Of a stretch of 64,000 nt of DNA, positions 1-12,600 are shown in pieces. The position numbers were made by a program, and so were the translations under genes. How positions within the stretch are numbered: position 1 is the stretch's first letter; each line of letters opens with the position of its first letter. The notes beneath the pieces are model-generated. The model was given only the letters and a program-made list of their open reading frames with translations, ran no database searches and was not told the DNA's origin. The stretch is from contig MU053873.1 of NCBI GenBank assembly GCA_013239625.1, forward strand, positions 74,524 through 138,523. Reading direction: 5' to 3'. The stretch comes from Lama guanicoe (lineage: Eukaryota).

Positions 1-129
1 CCCAGGCCCTGGCCATAGGGGCTCACAGAGGGCGAGGCCAAGGTCTCTACAGGCCATTAGCACAGCCTCCTCTGGGCAGGAGGCTCCCAAGCCGGCCCTA
101 GGGGGTCAGAGGCTACCTTGAGGGGGTGA

Positions 130-560
130 ACTAAGGGAGGAGTGGATTGTAGTCAGAGCGGGGTGAGTCGGCCTGCAGGAGGGGCTGAGGGAGGCTAGAA
201 GGGAGTGTCCCAGTTGGAAGGAGCAGTACATGCGAAAGCCCAGTCAAGAGAAACACGGGATTCAAGGAACAAAAGACAGGATAGCTGGAATGAAGATTTG
301 GGGGAGCGGTGTGGGGGACCATCCAGGTCACGCAGGGCTCTGAGAGCCACCGCAGGGAGTCTGGAGTCTGTTCTGAGCATTTTAAGAAGGGTTTGGCCAG
401 ATAGAGCAGCTTGGAGCGGGGCAAGCTGGAGGCTGCCGCCCTCATCCAGACCTGGAGGGGACAGATAGGAGATGTGGAGGCAGACAGAGGACTGGGAAGA
501 GAAGCTTTAGGAGCAAGGGGGAGCAGCCAGGGAAGAGAGGGGCCTGAGCCCAAGCACCTG
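130..560 (-). mobile_element. Degraded L2 LINE fragment (similar L2-like purine/pyrimidine-skewed tracts at ~2090-2480, 16690-17460, 25980-26080, 61620-62060)
   Basis: Strong GA skew; - strand resembles the L2 3' consensus (…CTCCAGACTCCCT…GCCCTGCGTGACCTGG…TGCTCCTTCCAACTGGGACACTCCCT). By eye only. Confidence 0.5.
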
Positions 561-3283
561 GCACTGGGGTAGCAGCCAGAGGTGGGAGGAAACCTGTCAT
601 CACTGTCAGCGAGCTGGGGAGGCTGCCTGGTATAGGAGGCAGAGGCTGGTCAGGGCCCGGAGAGGCAGGGACAGGGATGGGTCTGGGTGACAGCTGCCAG
701 GGACACCCTGGGACCTCCTACCTGCCAGGGCTCTTTGATGGGGTGGCTGGAGGGCTGGACAAGTTAACCTCACAACAGTCACACATACAGCTCAGGAGGC
801 ATCGTCCAGAAGTTCCCACCTAGCGGGAGGTCGAGGATGGAGCAGAGAAGGTTCTGCTTAAGTCAGTCCACCCGAGACCAGGGTGGGGGCAGGAGACCAT
901 GGGCCAGCCTGCATTTAATAATTTAAAAACATGGAGGCTGTAAAAGGTCAGTAACTGGCCCATGATGTCACAGCCAACAATCTGGGATTCGAACCTGGGT
1001 CTGCGTCAGAGTCAAAAGTCTCTATTCCCAACATACCTCATGCTACCCACTCCAGGAACTACTGCAGGAGGGTTGAGATCTTTGGCAAGTTAATCTGAAC
1101 CACAGGCAATTAAGCAAGGTCATGTACATCAGATGCAGGCTATAGGGTGGGGTGTGAGTACACCTTCACTGAACGTGCATCACCTGTTTCTGTCCCCATG
1201 GAAGGAACAGGCCTTCTTGGCAGCATCAGATAGGACCTTTGGGTCCCAGACCAGCAGCTGGCAGTGGACATAAACCTATGGTGACAGAGATGCAGGCCGA
1301 GGGATCTTTGGAAGGTGAGGAGTGAGGGGACCCAGACCCTGAGGGCACCTGCTTCCACTCACAGGAGTTAAGGCTGAAGTCCTCGGAGATCTCTCGGGAC
1401 AGGAAGCCTAGACACTCCAGCTCCGCTGCGCCCCTCAGAATCTCCCAGGCACCCCAAACTCCTGGCAGGCAGCCTGTCCCTACGGGTCTCACCAGTGGGG
1501 TGGAGCTACAAGCTTTGAGTGGTGCAAGGAAAACCACATAGCGAGGCGTGACAGGGACCAAGGAGGGAGTGCAGGTGCCAAGATGCAGGTGGTGGACATC
1601 AGGCTGGGATTCCTGCGTCACTGCCAGGAGGACATCTGTCTGATTACATTCCTGCAGGAGGCTGTCCTCTGGCAGTCTGACCCAGGCTGGCACGGCCAGA
1701 GAATGACCTCAGTGAGGACATGGCCAGCAGAGCCTGTCCAGAAACATCCTCCTGACCTGACCCCCGCCTTCAACCACTGCATCTCCAGGATGGAGCAGGG
1801 AAGGGGTATGTGTAGTGGGGGGAGCCTCTCTCCCCAAAGCCAGGCTGTCACAGACCTCATCCCCACCAGCCTGGCCTGAGGATGTCTATAAGCACCTTGT
1901 GTGAGCACCTACCATGTGCCAGACATCTGCAAACTTGCCCCCTCGTAATTCTTTACAAGGCAGGGCCACCAGTGGGACAGTCAAGGCTAGAGGGGGCCCA
2001 CAGCAGGGAAGAGCTAAGGGGCAACAACAGAAGGGGCCTTGGGGCTGGTCCTGAAGGATGCTCAGCTCTGGCCAAGATGAAAAGGATTTCCAGCTGAGGA
2101 GCAGTGGGAGGCATGGGAGGGCAGGTGATAGGGAGGGACACGAGGGCTGGGGCAGGGCTGAGAGCTTACACTCTGCCCTGGGTGGCTCCCAGCTTTAAAG
2201 ACGGCCCCAAGGATGGAAGGTGGAGAGTGAGTGAGCAAGGAATTGGTGGCAGAACTCAGGTGTCTTAGGGATGCAGGTATGGGTGTGGCCCTGGGGGGAG
2301 ATGGGAGGGTGCTGGGCTGGAGAGGAGTGAGAGAGAAGGCACAGAGGACTGGGGAGTGAGGGGGCTCAGAGAATTTAAGGGAGCCAGGGGGAGCATCAGG
2401 AGACTGGGCAGGAGGTCGGGGGGGCTTGGAAAGGGACCTTGCCTGTGTGGGGTGAGAAAGTGGCAGAGAAAGGCCCACCCCACCCCCTCATGGACCCCCA
2501 GCTCGGGGGCAGGCCATCAGACTTACCTTGCAGCTGCAGAAACCCTCAGAACCCCCATCCTGTCTCACCAGTGGTCCTGCCTGGCCCCTTGGCCCCCACA
2601 AATCCCCACCCAGGTACAGGGCAGCTACTGGGAAGAAGGGTGGAGTTAGACTTCCCGTCTGCACTTGGGCTGTGAGAGGCAGGGCTAGAACTGATCTGCA
2701 GCTTAGGGTAGGGCTGAGGGGTCCAGGTCTGCTTCTGCCCTGTGCTCCACACCCCTCCCCTCCTCCCTCCCTCCCAACCCTTGAACTGGCCCAGAATCCG
2801 GAGGAATGGCCCCCTCAGCACTCCCAGGCCCAGCAGCTCAGGAGAGGCTCTAAGGAGAATGGGTCACCCCCTCATCCCAGGGACAGCCCCTGGGTCACTC
2901 GTTTTTCTCCAGGACTGCTGGGTTCCCTCAGGAGAGTCCCATGTGATACTCAAATGGGGACTGTCTTCCTCTCGGGTCTCTTCAGGCTCAGGTGATATCT
3001 GCCCAACAGATTGCCACCCCCCCGTGGTGTGAATATTTTAGGAGGCTTGCGGGAAGAGGGCAGTACCTACCCCAAAGGAGGCTGGCAGCACCAAGGTGGA
3101 ATCCCAGGCATCTGCAGGGGAGCACTGGTGGGCGGGGAGGTACCTGACAGGCCCAGTGCTGGCCACTGTGAGTGATGTGGGGCAGAAGACGTCAGCCGCC
3201 ACCTCTGAGGGCCCCCAGCCCTGCTCCCCACCACATCCCAGCTCATCCCCAACAGAAAAAGAGAAAACTCAACTTCTTGAGGA

Positions 3284-3289
3284 TTTATT
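3284..3289 (-). terminator. Candidate MTFP1 polyadenylation signal (AATAAA)
   Basis: tttatt on + strand, ~540 nt downstream of the MTFP1 stop. Confidence 0.6.
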
Positions 3290-3825
3290 GGACCGGGAGC
3301 TGTCCTGCCTTCCAGCCAGGCCCCAGCAGCCCCTTCACCAGGAAGGGGCTGACAGAGACTCCATCCTCAGGGTCCTGCTACTGCATTCCTGCATTTCCCC
3401 CAGTGCCTGCTGCTCCTCCGTCAACCACGCTGCCACAGGGTGACCCGGCCCAGCTGGTGGGAGTCCTGGGTCCCCAGCTTGCAAGTGATCTTGGCCATAT
3501 CTCTTGCTTTGTCTGGACCTCAGTCTCCTTACCCTCCATGGGAGGATGTTACTTGCCTGTCAAAAGACAGAGCTGGGACCACCAAGAATCCAGTCCGGCT
3601 CAGTATCGCAGATTCCATGAAAGCAGATGGGGTTCAAGTCCTCTCTGTGAGTCACTGCAGCTGCTGCTCCGAGGTCCTTGTCTCTCAATTTCCATCCAGC
3701 TTAAACCCATTCAGGTGCCAGGGCTTCAGACCCCAGGGAGCCAGGCATCCACATCCCCTGGCAGGAGGAGGGAGTTGGAACAGAGCAGGGATGGGCCAAC
3801 CCATAGGCCAGGTACCAAGGTGGGG

Positions 3826-6391
3826 TCAGGAGGAGCTGGGCTTCTCCACTGAGGGGTAGAGCTTGCGCAGGCTGGAGTCCAGGAGGAAGTCCACTGACCT
3901 GTGGGGCAGTGGAGGGCCATGAGCAGGCGATCAAGGGATGCTAATGGGGGAATGGGAGGCAGGAGGTCAGGGCTAGGGAAGAGACTCCTGGACACAGGAT
4001 ACAAGTGCCATCCAGGTGGTAGCCATCATCCTCTTCTTTATTCAGTTGGGAAAACTGAGGCACAGGGAGGGTAAAGACTCCTGCAGGGCCTCAGGGTCAG
4101 CTATGTTCCCTTGGGGAAAGACTCCTCTTCCCACTCTGTTGGTCAGATTGGCCCCTTCTCTGGTACTAAGAGCAGGCACATGACCCAAGCCCGGCCAATC
4201 AGGAAAGGGAAACTTGTTCAAGGGTGGGCACCCAATCCAGGATGGACCAATGGCAGATTTCCTTGGGATTTTTGCTGTGACTATTAAGCTTCTTATGGGG
4301 TTTGCTAAACTGGTAGGAGGGAAGCTGGGAGCTGCTGGGAGCCACCTCTGCTCCCATAAAAGGAAAGTGAGTGAATCAAACATGGGGTGAGGTGGGGAGA
4401 AGGGCAGCAGGATGGGGAGACCCAGACCCCTAATGACATTATTTGGGAACCTAGATCCAGATATGCCTAAAAGTAGCATAACTCTAGACTTTGCAGTTTC
4501 AAGAAACAATTCTTATTTTACTTAACCCAGGTTCAGCTGGGCTTCTCTTGCCAAAACTTCCCCAAATCCACCCCCTCCAGGGTGCACCTGTTCCTTCCTG
4601 CCTCTGGTTGTTTTCTAAAACTGGGTTTTCCTTCTGGGAATGTACTTGTCCTGTATCTCATACTCTCAAGGCACCCCCACCTTTATTGCCAGAGCACCTG
4701 CCAGTTCATATATCAAGGGCATAGGCTGTCCTTTCTCCCTCAGGAGCCCCAGGTGCCAGCCCTGCCCCTGCTGCTATTGTTTTGTGAAAAGTGGGTACAG
4801 CCCACACCTCTCAAAGCTTATCTCCACCTGTAGGGTGGATGATCCCAAGGCTGGGAGGGGCACCTACCTGTCAATGGGGTGGATGATAATGGGGATGACC
4901 AGTAGCCCCAGTGCGGTGGTGGTCCACTTGCGGACAGCCAGAGGCCAGCGGGTGGCAGTGCCCAGGACGTAGAGAGAAGCAGCACACACACGGTTGATAG
5001 TGAAGCCTGGGATGGCCACAGAGGCCAGAGCCTGCCACATGAAGGTGTCCACCACGGCCACGGTCACCCTGGTGCTGCGGCCTGCCTCAGGGCTCGGCAT
5101 CTGGTAAGCACAAGAGACACTTCATCCAGAAGGGGCAGAGGTGGGAAAGCTTGTGGACAAGAGGCATGAGGCTGGACCAGGGGGAGGGAAGTGAAGGGGG
5201 TGGGGAGAGAGCCACACTAGTGTTGGGTTCTGGACTTGACCAAAGCAGGGCTGAGGGTGGACTCGTTCACAACCAGGACTGGGATAGAGACTATGCCACA
5301 TGCAGGGCGGGGGACAGGGTGCACCTTCTACATATGGGACTGGGGTATTGGACTGTCCCGCAGGGACTTAACCACATGCAAGGCTGTGGACTGACCACAG
5401 TGGGAGTGAACTGGGGTGGGGGTTGAAGGGCAGGTTAACACTCACATCTCTTGCCTTCTTGCCCTTGTCGATGGCATCGGCCAGCACATAGGAGCTGGAC
5501 ACACCATAGCTCAGCCACACAACAGCTGCTGGTACCAGGGAGCGGAAGGCCTCCCCTACTTCATTGGCGTAGCCTGGTGGGGAGGGGACGTTTAATTCCC
5601 AAGCCCGTGGGTTGTTCCACGAGGTGACACTGGAGGAGCTGGTTCTTAGCCTGCCAAGCAGTAACTGGGTGACCTTAGACAAGTGATTTTACCCCTCTAA
5701 GCCTTTCTCCTGGCCTATAAAATGGCACCCATGATGCCCACCCCGACTCTCCCCGTGTAGGAGAGTTGAGTACCGCCACCTTTCTCATCACTCACTTGCC
5801 TTCACAGACTGGGTTCTGGGAGCATCTGAGCTGATGGGAGAACAGGCAGTGAGAGAGACTCACTAAAGGCAGCCCCACTCACCATATGCCTGGCCTCTCT
5901 GCACCTTATCTCATTCTGCCCTCACGATCACTCAGTGAGAGAGACCCTGTGCTCATCCCTTTTTGCTAAGTTGGAAACTGAGGCTCAGACAGAAATAGGG
6001 AGAAGCCAAGAAGGGAGTCCAGATACCCTGACTCCACAACCACTGCCCGGGCATCCAGAGAGGGCAGTCAGCTCACCCTGTTCCTCCCAGCTGGGTTGCA
6101 GCTCCCGCCTGGGAGATAGACCAGCAGACCCGGAGGGCAGGGCTGGGTAGACCAGAGCTGCGTGACCTTGAGCAAGTCCAGAGACCTCTCTGAGCCCAGT
6201 CTCTGCCCTGGCTGAATGAAAACTAAGATCCTCCCACCTTCTCCAGGTCCCTGAGCGGCGTTTGGCAACCCCTCCTTCCCCAGCCACGTGATGTGGGGTC
6301 GCGGTGCCCCTCGCCAGCGCTCACCCAGGTACCGCACCCACGTGTCCCGGAAAAGGTCGCGCTCGGCCCCCCGCGGGGGCATCTCGGACAT
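3826..6391 (-). CDS. MTFP1: Mitochondrial fission process protein 1 (MTP18), 4 coding exons, 166 aa
   Basis: Exons 6325-6391 (67 nt, MSEMPPRGAERDLFRDTWVRYLG), 5446-5573 (128, YANEVGEAFRSLVPAAVVWLSYGVSSSYVLADAIDKGKK), 4868-5100 (233, DTFMWQALASVAIPGFTINRVCAAS...IIHPIDR), 3826-3898 (73, SVDFLLDSSLRKLYPSVEKPSSS*). All GT-AG and phase-consistent; 501 nt total. Protein recognised as MTP18 family. Confidence 0.97.
4110..4560 (+). mobile_element. Old MaLR (MLT1-type) LTR remnant in MTFP1 intron 3
   Basis: GCACATGACCCAAGCCGGCCAATCAG and CTAGATCCAGATATGCCTAAAAG...AACCCAGGTTCAGCTGGGCTTCTC motifs typical of old MLT1. Confidence 0.5.
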
Positions 6392-6560
6392 GGCGCTTCC
6401 GCTTCGGCCTCAGCCACTGCAGCGGGTCCTACCGCCTCGGCTTCCACCAGCCCTGCGGTCCGTGGCGGCGGGACCGGCCGAAGGTCCGGGACTGAAGGAC
6501 AGGTCGTGCTGTCCCCGCCAGCAGGGAGCGTCTGCAAATTCCCCCGCGCACTGGCACCCC
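6250..6560 (-). promoter_or_regulatory. CpG-rich MTFP1 promoter / first exon
   Basis: Dense CpG around the ATG at 6391; CACGTG E-boxes at 6285-6290 and 6339-6344. Confidence 0.7.
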
Positions 6561-7689
6561 TTTCCAAGGCTTGCGTTTTGCAGATTAATTTTCTTCATGT
6601 CTTCTCTGGAATTGAGTGATCCTCTTCCAGCACTGACTGTAGCGCTGGAGCCAAAGAGACAGAGGTTCAAATACGAGATGCTGCATTTCATAGCTGTGTG
6701 ACCTCGGGCAAGTCCGTACTTTTCTGAGCCTCTCTTTATTCATTTGTTACATGGGGAACAGGACAGGTTCATTCCTGGGATGGTTTCGCGGATTGATTAT
6801 ACAGTCATCATTTGTTGAGTTTATACTACTGGCCAGACTGTTAGCCAAGGACTCTAGTCGAATCTCTTCTTTAAACCCTCCCACCAGCGTGGGACATCCC
6901 CCGACCCTGCCCCATTTTATAGATGAGGAATAGAGACAGGAAAAATAGGTCACTTTCCTAAGACATACAACTGCTGAGTAGAGAAGCTGGCATTTGATTC
7001 CAGGTAGCGCTGCTCCAATTCCCATGCTCTTTAGGTGAGTTCAGTATATGAGGCTAGGGAAGCAAATGGTGAGCATCCTGGTGAGGTGGATGCTTGAATG
7101 CCCCTTCCTGGCAGGTGCCATTGCTCATCTGTCTAGCACGGGGGTTTAACTGGACCGAGCCTCTTGAAAAAAGAACTTTGAATGAATGAATAAATGAATG
7201 AGGCTGGGGTACAAAACTTGAGGAAAATGAGCAGAACAGAATGAAGAGACTTGGGGTTGATTACTAAAGAGGAAACTCTTCCTCTGCTGGACCTCAGTTT
7301 ACCCACTATAGCTCTGTGAATCCTTTGGGGGTATAGGCGAGCAAAGGCACGGCCTTTAATGACAGGCAGTCCTAGGTCCAAATCCCAGTTGCGTCGCTTA
7401 TTAACTGTCGGCCACGTCTGTGAAAAAATTAGAGTATCTAATATTTACTTAGCGTATACTTGTAAGCTAACTGCTCTGCATGATATTTCTTTGAATCTTT
7501 GCAATTACCCAAGGCGGTAAGCACAGGGCTTTTGCGTGGTACCCAGTACGCGCTCACTAAAGAAATTTATTATCATCAAATAAAGATCATAGGCTCCCTA
7601 CAGAGGGCCCTTGTTTGCAGCCCTGGGAGTCTATCTTTGTAAGATCCTGTAGTACAGCCAATTCATCGGTAATCTTGCAGGAAGTTGGG

Positions 7690-8230
7690 CTAGGGGGCCT
7701 AGGCGATCCCTAGCCCCGGAAACATTGGCAGTGCCTGCGCGTAATTAGGAGACGGTCCCTAACGCCACGTGATCGCCGCTTCTCTGCCACCCTCTTACTC
7801 CAGGCCCACCGCAGGCGCTGCGCGCGCTCGCTAGACCCGCGCTTATTAGCGCGCTTTGAGAAGCCGGAGTGGGGCGGGGCTTCCGCCCTAACCGTGAAGG
7901 CTGTCAGGAACACGCTTTGCCCTTAGCAAAGATGGCGGAAGACAGTCGACAAGTTAGGCCAATCAGGAAGCATGCTGGCGAGTAGCAGGTGGTTTCTGCT
8001 CATGCGCCCCGCTTATTGGCGGGTAGGCGCTGGGCTCCTGAGGCGGAAGTTTGGCCGAGTGAAGGACAAGCACGAGCAAGGCGGAAAGCATTGACTTCCA
8101 CTCCCTGCGCGCTGATCGTTGCTTTATTCACTGGTTAATTTTCCTAACAGACCATTGTAAACCGAAGTTAGGATGTCCTCCTGAGGAGTCTGGGAGAGCC
8201 CGCGCGGCCTCGTGCCCTCCTGTCAACGCC
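7690..8230. promoter_or_regulatory. CpG-rich promoter/enhancer-like element with clustered housekeeping motifs
   Basis: CACGTG 7766-7771, GGGGCGGGGC 7871-7880, YY1 AAGATGGCGG 7929-7938, CCAAT 7959-7963, ATTGG 7724-7728 and 8015-8019, ETS CGGAAGT 8044-8050, GCGC runs. Confidence 0.6.
8123..8128 (-). terminator. Candidate proximal SEC14L2 polyA signal (AATAAA); a distal candidate lies at 6735-6740
   Basis: tttatt on + strand ~1.5 kb and ~2.9 kb downstream of the SEC14L2 stop at 9610. Confidence 0.5.
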
Positions 8231-9609
8231 AGCCTTGCCCCTGCCCCCGCTCCTTCAGCTTCGCCAGCTCATCTCCCCAGGCTGGGCCAGGGCCTGGGTT
8301 TCAGAGGGGAAGGAATTTCCGCGAGGGCTCGGGTGGGGCCACTTTCCTGGGTCCCGGGCAGCCCAGGGCCTGGTGTTCGTTTGCAGGATGTGAAATTAGG
8401 TTGAGAGCTGATTGCGCACAGGGTCCGTGCCCTCTAGCCCCTGGTCGCTGAGCGCCTCCCCATGGCCATCCCTGCTTGTCACCGTGGACGGAAGGGCTGG
8501 GGGCCTGCGACGCTCTTTGTGGCTGCTCCCAGCCCCTGGTTCTGCCAGTTGCTTGCCTGGTCTTTGGCTTCCTGCCGGGCAGCCTCCCCAGCAGGCACCA
8601 GGAACCCACTGCACCCCTCATACGCCTCCCAGAGACGGGACTGCTAAGGCCTTGCTCGGGTCAGTCAGGAAGCGGGCTGTTGGCACCGTGGGAGACTCAG
8701 CCTGGGAAACTCCTCCACTGAGATCTACTGTCTTGATCCCCCTTGTCATTTTTGTGTAGGGTGCTGAAGTGGAGAGTTACTTGGTGAGAGGCAGGCAGTA
8801 CTGAAAACAGGAGTGGAAGCCTCAGGACTCAGACCCACCCCCCAGCCTCCTTGGCCCTTCACAGACCTGGGATCCCGGGAGGTAACTTCCCCGTGCTTTG
8901 TTTGCATTGGAGGACAGTGGCTGGGTACCAAAGTTCACTGCCCCAGGAAGCTCTGAGTCACGGACAATCACTAGTAATTAAAGAGGCAGCCAGAGAGACC
9001 CAGGAGTTGCTGAATTCCTCAAGGTGAGGGAGAGGTCTGCCTGTCTGCCTCTGAAAGGGAAGATCTATGCCGACTTGGGCCACCTCCCGAGACCTGGGTA
9101 AAGCCAAAAAAACCCAGCCTTGGTAGTAGGAAGTCCATAAGAGCCTCTGACCCCCACCATCATTAGCAACTGGCCATCTTGCTACTCCTCATTATGATCC
9201 AGACTTAAATGTTTACTAGGGAGCAAGTTCCTCCCCTGCAGCTGGCTTCCCTGAGGTGTTAGGTCTCAGTCTCTCCCCTTTTCCTAATTTCGTTCCTGCT
9301 GCCACCCCATGGTACCCCCTTTCCTGTCTCAACTGTCACTGGATAGGTGAAGTTGGCACAGCTTACAAGATAGACTCTGCCATGATGCCCAGCCCCACAG
9401 GAATCCTTAGTAATTTGAGAGGTAAAGAGACCCACTCCAGCTACTCTCCCTCTTCCTAACTCTGAAATGAAGGCTCCCCATATCCAGCCCGAGGTCTTTC
9501 TTCTAGCCCAGTTTCTCTGGGCATCAGAGTGCTGGGAAGATGACTGCTACAAGGGGTAGAAACTGACAGGGAGACACCGAGGGAGCCAGGCCTGCTGTGG
9601 GAGAAGGCA

Positions 9610-12600
9610 TTACTTTGGGGTGACTGCCCCCAGCTGTTTCATCTTCTCTTCTGAGGCTTTGTCTGGAAGCAGGACCTCCACAGTGAAACTGACCTTCTTT
9701 GCATGAATGAAGCTGTAGGTGTTGTCAAACCGCAGGACATCTGAGAGGAGGCAAAAAAAACCCGGATATTCAGGCAGTTCTGACAAAGAACTTAGAGACA
9801 GCGATTTCTGTTGAGCAAGGCAGTGTAGTAGGTAATGAGGATGAAGGTGGCATAAGCAATGGTCCTTCACCTTCTGACACCTCGTCTAGCTGGGTTATAA
9901 GATGTTCATGGAGAGAAAAAAATATAAGAACACGCCAAGTGCCAGATGAGAGACCGAGAAAGTCATAGCTGTAACAGCTCAGAAGGAGGAGGCCCTATAG
10001 ACAGAAATCATGTGAAAGGCTTTTTAAAGGAGTCAGAGCTTGAACCCAGTCTTGAAGGCGGCTGAGTGTTGAATGAGTAACGGCAATAATTGTCATAATA
10101 ATAATAGTAATGGTAATAATGGCTATTTATGTGTTTCAGCACTGGGTTGGCAATCTATATATGTCACTCACAAGAACTCTTGAGTTCAGCATTGGTCCTA
10201 TTTTATATAAAAAGGAAGTCACTGTGTCACACAGTGAGGAAGGAGGGAACTGGGATTTCCCTCTGGTCTGCACTGCTGCCTGACTTGGGCCCTGGAAAGC
10301 CCAGCTCTGTTCGGTTTCTGACAAAAGGTAAAATAGGCAAACATTCTGAATCAGGAATTTATCCCACAGAAGGAGAAATGGACAAAGATGCTCAATGCAA
10401 TAATAATAACAGATGCAGGAAAACTCAAATGTTCAAAGGAGAGTTTCTTTAAAAGTTTTCATTGCAATCCATATGATGAAATAGTATTCTGTATCAAAAG
10501 AAAGACGTTAGCTTCATAAGAAGTGCCAGGGCAACTGTCAACAACCCAGCCTTAGGCCAAGAAAGCAAGTTGCAGAACAATTTGTAAATAGTTTCTAATT
10601 TTTTTGTTAATATATGTAAAAAAAATTTGGCCTTTTCTATCTACACTGACAAGTTTTACAATTTCAAAATTCCTTCAAATATACACTGAATGACAGATAT
10701 AATTCCTATGAATGTAAATGTGTGTGTACATATCCTGTATTTTATGGAAACATGTAATGCTTCTAAAGGGACGGCAAATATTTGGTAGGGTAACAGACAA
10801 GACCTGTTAGTGGTTTCCTCTGGGGAGAGAAAATGGGCATGCAGTTGCTAGAGAAGGCTTCCAAGCCTTGGCCAAGGAACAGACTGCTTTCAACCTAACC
10901 TTTGTGTTTTTGAGAAGTTGTTCCATGTCAGTCAGACCCCCCTTCAAGAGAACAGAGTGTGAAAACGAAAACAGTAGGCCTGCCCCTTCCCTATCCTGGT
11001 CTTCTCTCACTTTTCCCAGCCCAAGACCAAAAGCCAAAAACACTGTATATTTAATCCTAAGACTTAATCCTTCTCCTTTTCTGCCCTTGGATAAAATGCA
11101 TAGTTTAGACTGAGAGTAGACACACCACCCACCCTGTCTTCACGGTGTGAAGTGAGGAATAGTCATTGATTTTCTCTCTGTGCCAAGGTCTTTCAGGGCC
11201 AATGGTGCCTCTGGAAAGAGGGAAGCTTCCTGTCTGCCCTGGATGACGGAGCGTTAGCAACCAGTCAGTCCTGCTAGAGGAGAAGTCTGAGCTCCTTGGG
11301 CCAAGCAGCAGGACTGCGATGGCTCTGCCTAGCGGGACAGTCTGTCCTCAGAAACAAGGAAGGGGCTGTTCTGAGGCCCATGCCCGAGGGAAGTGGCGTT
11401 CATGAACTGTGGAGGTTCGTTCTGACACTAATCATGTACTCAGAGACTCGGGGAGCCCCCGGAGATCCTCCAGGGCTCCTTCACTTTTGTTGGGGAACTG
11501 ATCCTCTTGAGAATCTGATGAAAGCATACAATTTCAGATTCCATGGAGCCCACCTTAGACCCTCTGGGGTAGTGGTTCCCGGGGGGAAAGCTACCATTCT
11601 GAAGAGACAGGTGCTGGTGTAACTCTGCCTTCTCATTTATGTCTTGAGAAAATACATATATATATATACTAAATTAGCTTCCTTTTATTTCTTGTTTATA
11701 TTCCAAGTAGGAGAGTATACTGACTTCTTAGTTATGTATGTAGGTGGGTTTTAATACCTGTGAATTTCGTTTCAGAATAGTAGAGACATGAAACACTATT
11801 TACTATAAAAGGGAGGTGTTTGGTCTTTAAGATTTAGTTATCACTGCTCTGGAGAGTCACAGACCCCGGATTAACATCTCCTGCTCTAGCTCACTCCCCT
11901 CGTTTTAAGGAAGAGAGCAAAATCTAATTATGTGGAGATACTTGTTCACTCGTAGAGTTACTGGCAAAGCTAGACTCAGAAACCAGGTCTCCCAGGGCCC
12001 AGCTGGGCTGTTCAACCTTCACACAGCGCTTCAGCTCCGCTAGACCACACTGTGTGCTCTTGGCAGACAAATTCTTGGCAGACAAAGTCCAGATCTCTTT
12101 TTCTGAATCTTTTTCTTTCCTAGCAGGGTATTCTACACTTAGGACCTCGGGAAATATTAGTTGGGAGAAGAAAAAGTGAAATCACTTCAAACTTTGGTTC
12201 TCCTCCTCAGTAACTGGGTGTGGTTGGGCCAGGACCAGAGCGGCCCTGGAGGGTTAAGGCGATCTTGCCACTGGAGACTGGTGCAGAGTTTTAATGTCTC
12301 CACTGGGTGATTATGTTCCACTTTACAGGGGGGGCGCCTCATTCAAGGGCATCACCGCCCTCACCCCCCACAAGTGAGCCTGTAACCTAACTCTGGGTGC
12401 TTACTGGGCTCAGGTCTAACCTGAGTCATGGCCCAGAGGACAGCCGATCCCACCTCACTGTCTACACCTGGGAAGGGGACATGGATGCTGGGGTCTGCCT
12501 ATGCTCTTCCTGAGAATGGACAATAAGCAGCTCCCAGGCGAGGCCCCGCAGGCAGATACACATTCCATTTGGGAATGTACCTGAGAGGAACTAAAATTTG

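Noticed and set aside
3172..3852. 226-aa + strand ORF
   Set aside because: Antisense to the MTFP1 3' UTR and last exon, no recognisable domain; expected by chance in GC-rich DNA.
4037..4042. Minus-strand AATAAA in MTFP1 intron 3
   Set aside because: Lies at the edge of a MIR-like fragment with no other support for intronic polyadenylation.
12058..12086. Tandem duplication of TCTTGGCAGACAAA
   Set aside because: Single intronic micro-duplication with no evidence of function.
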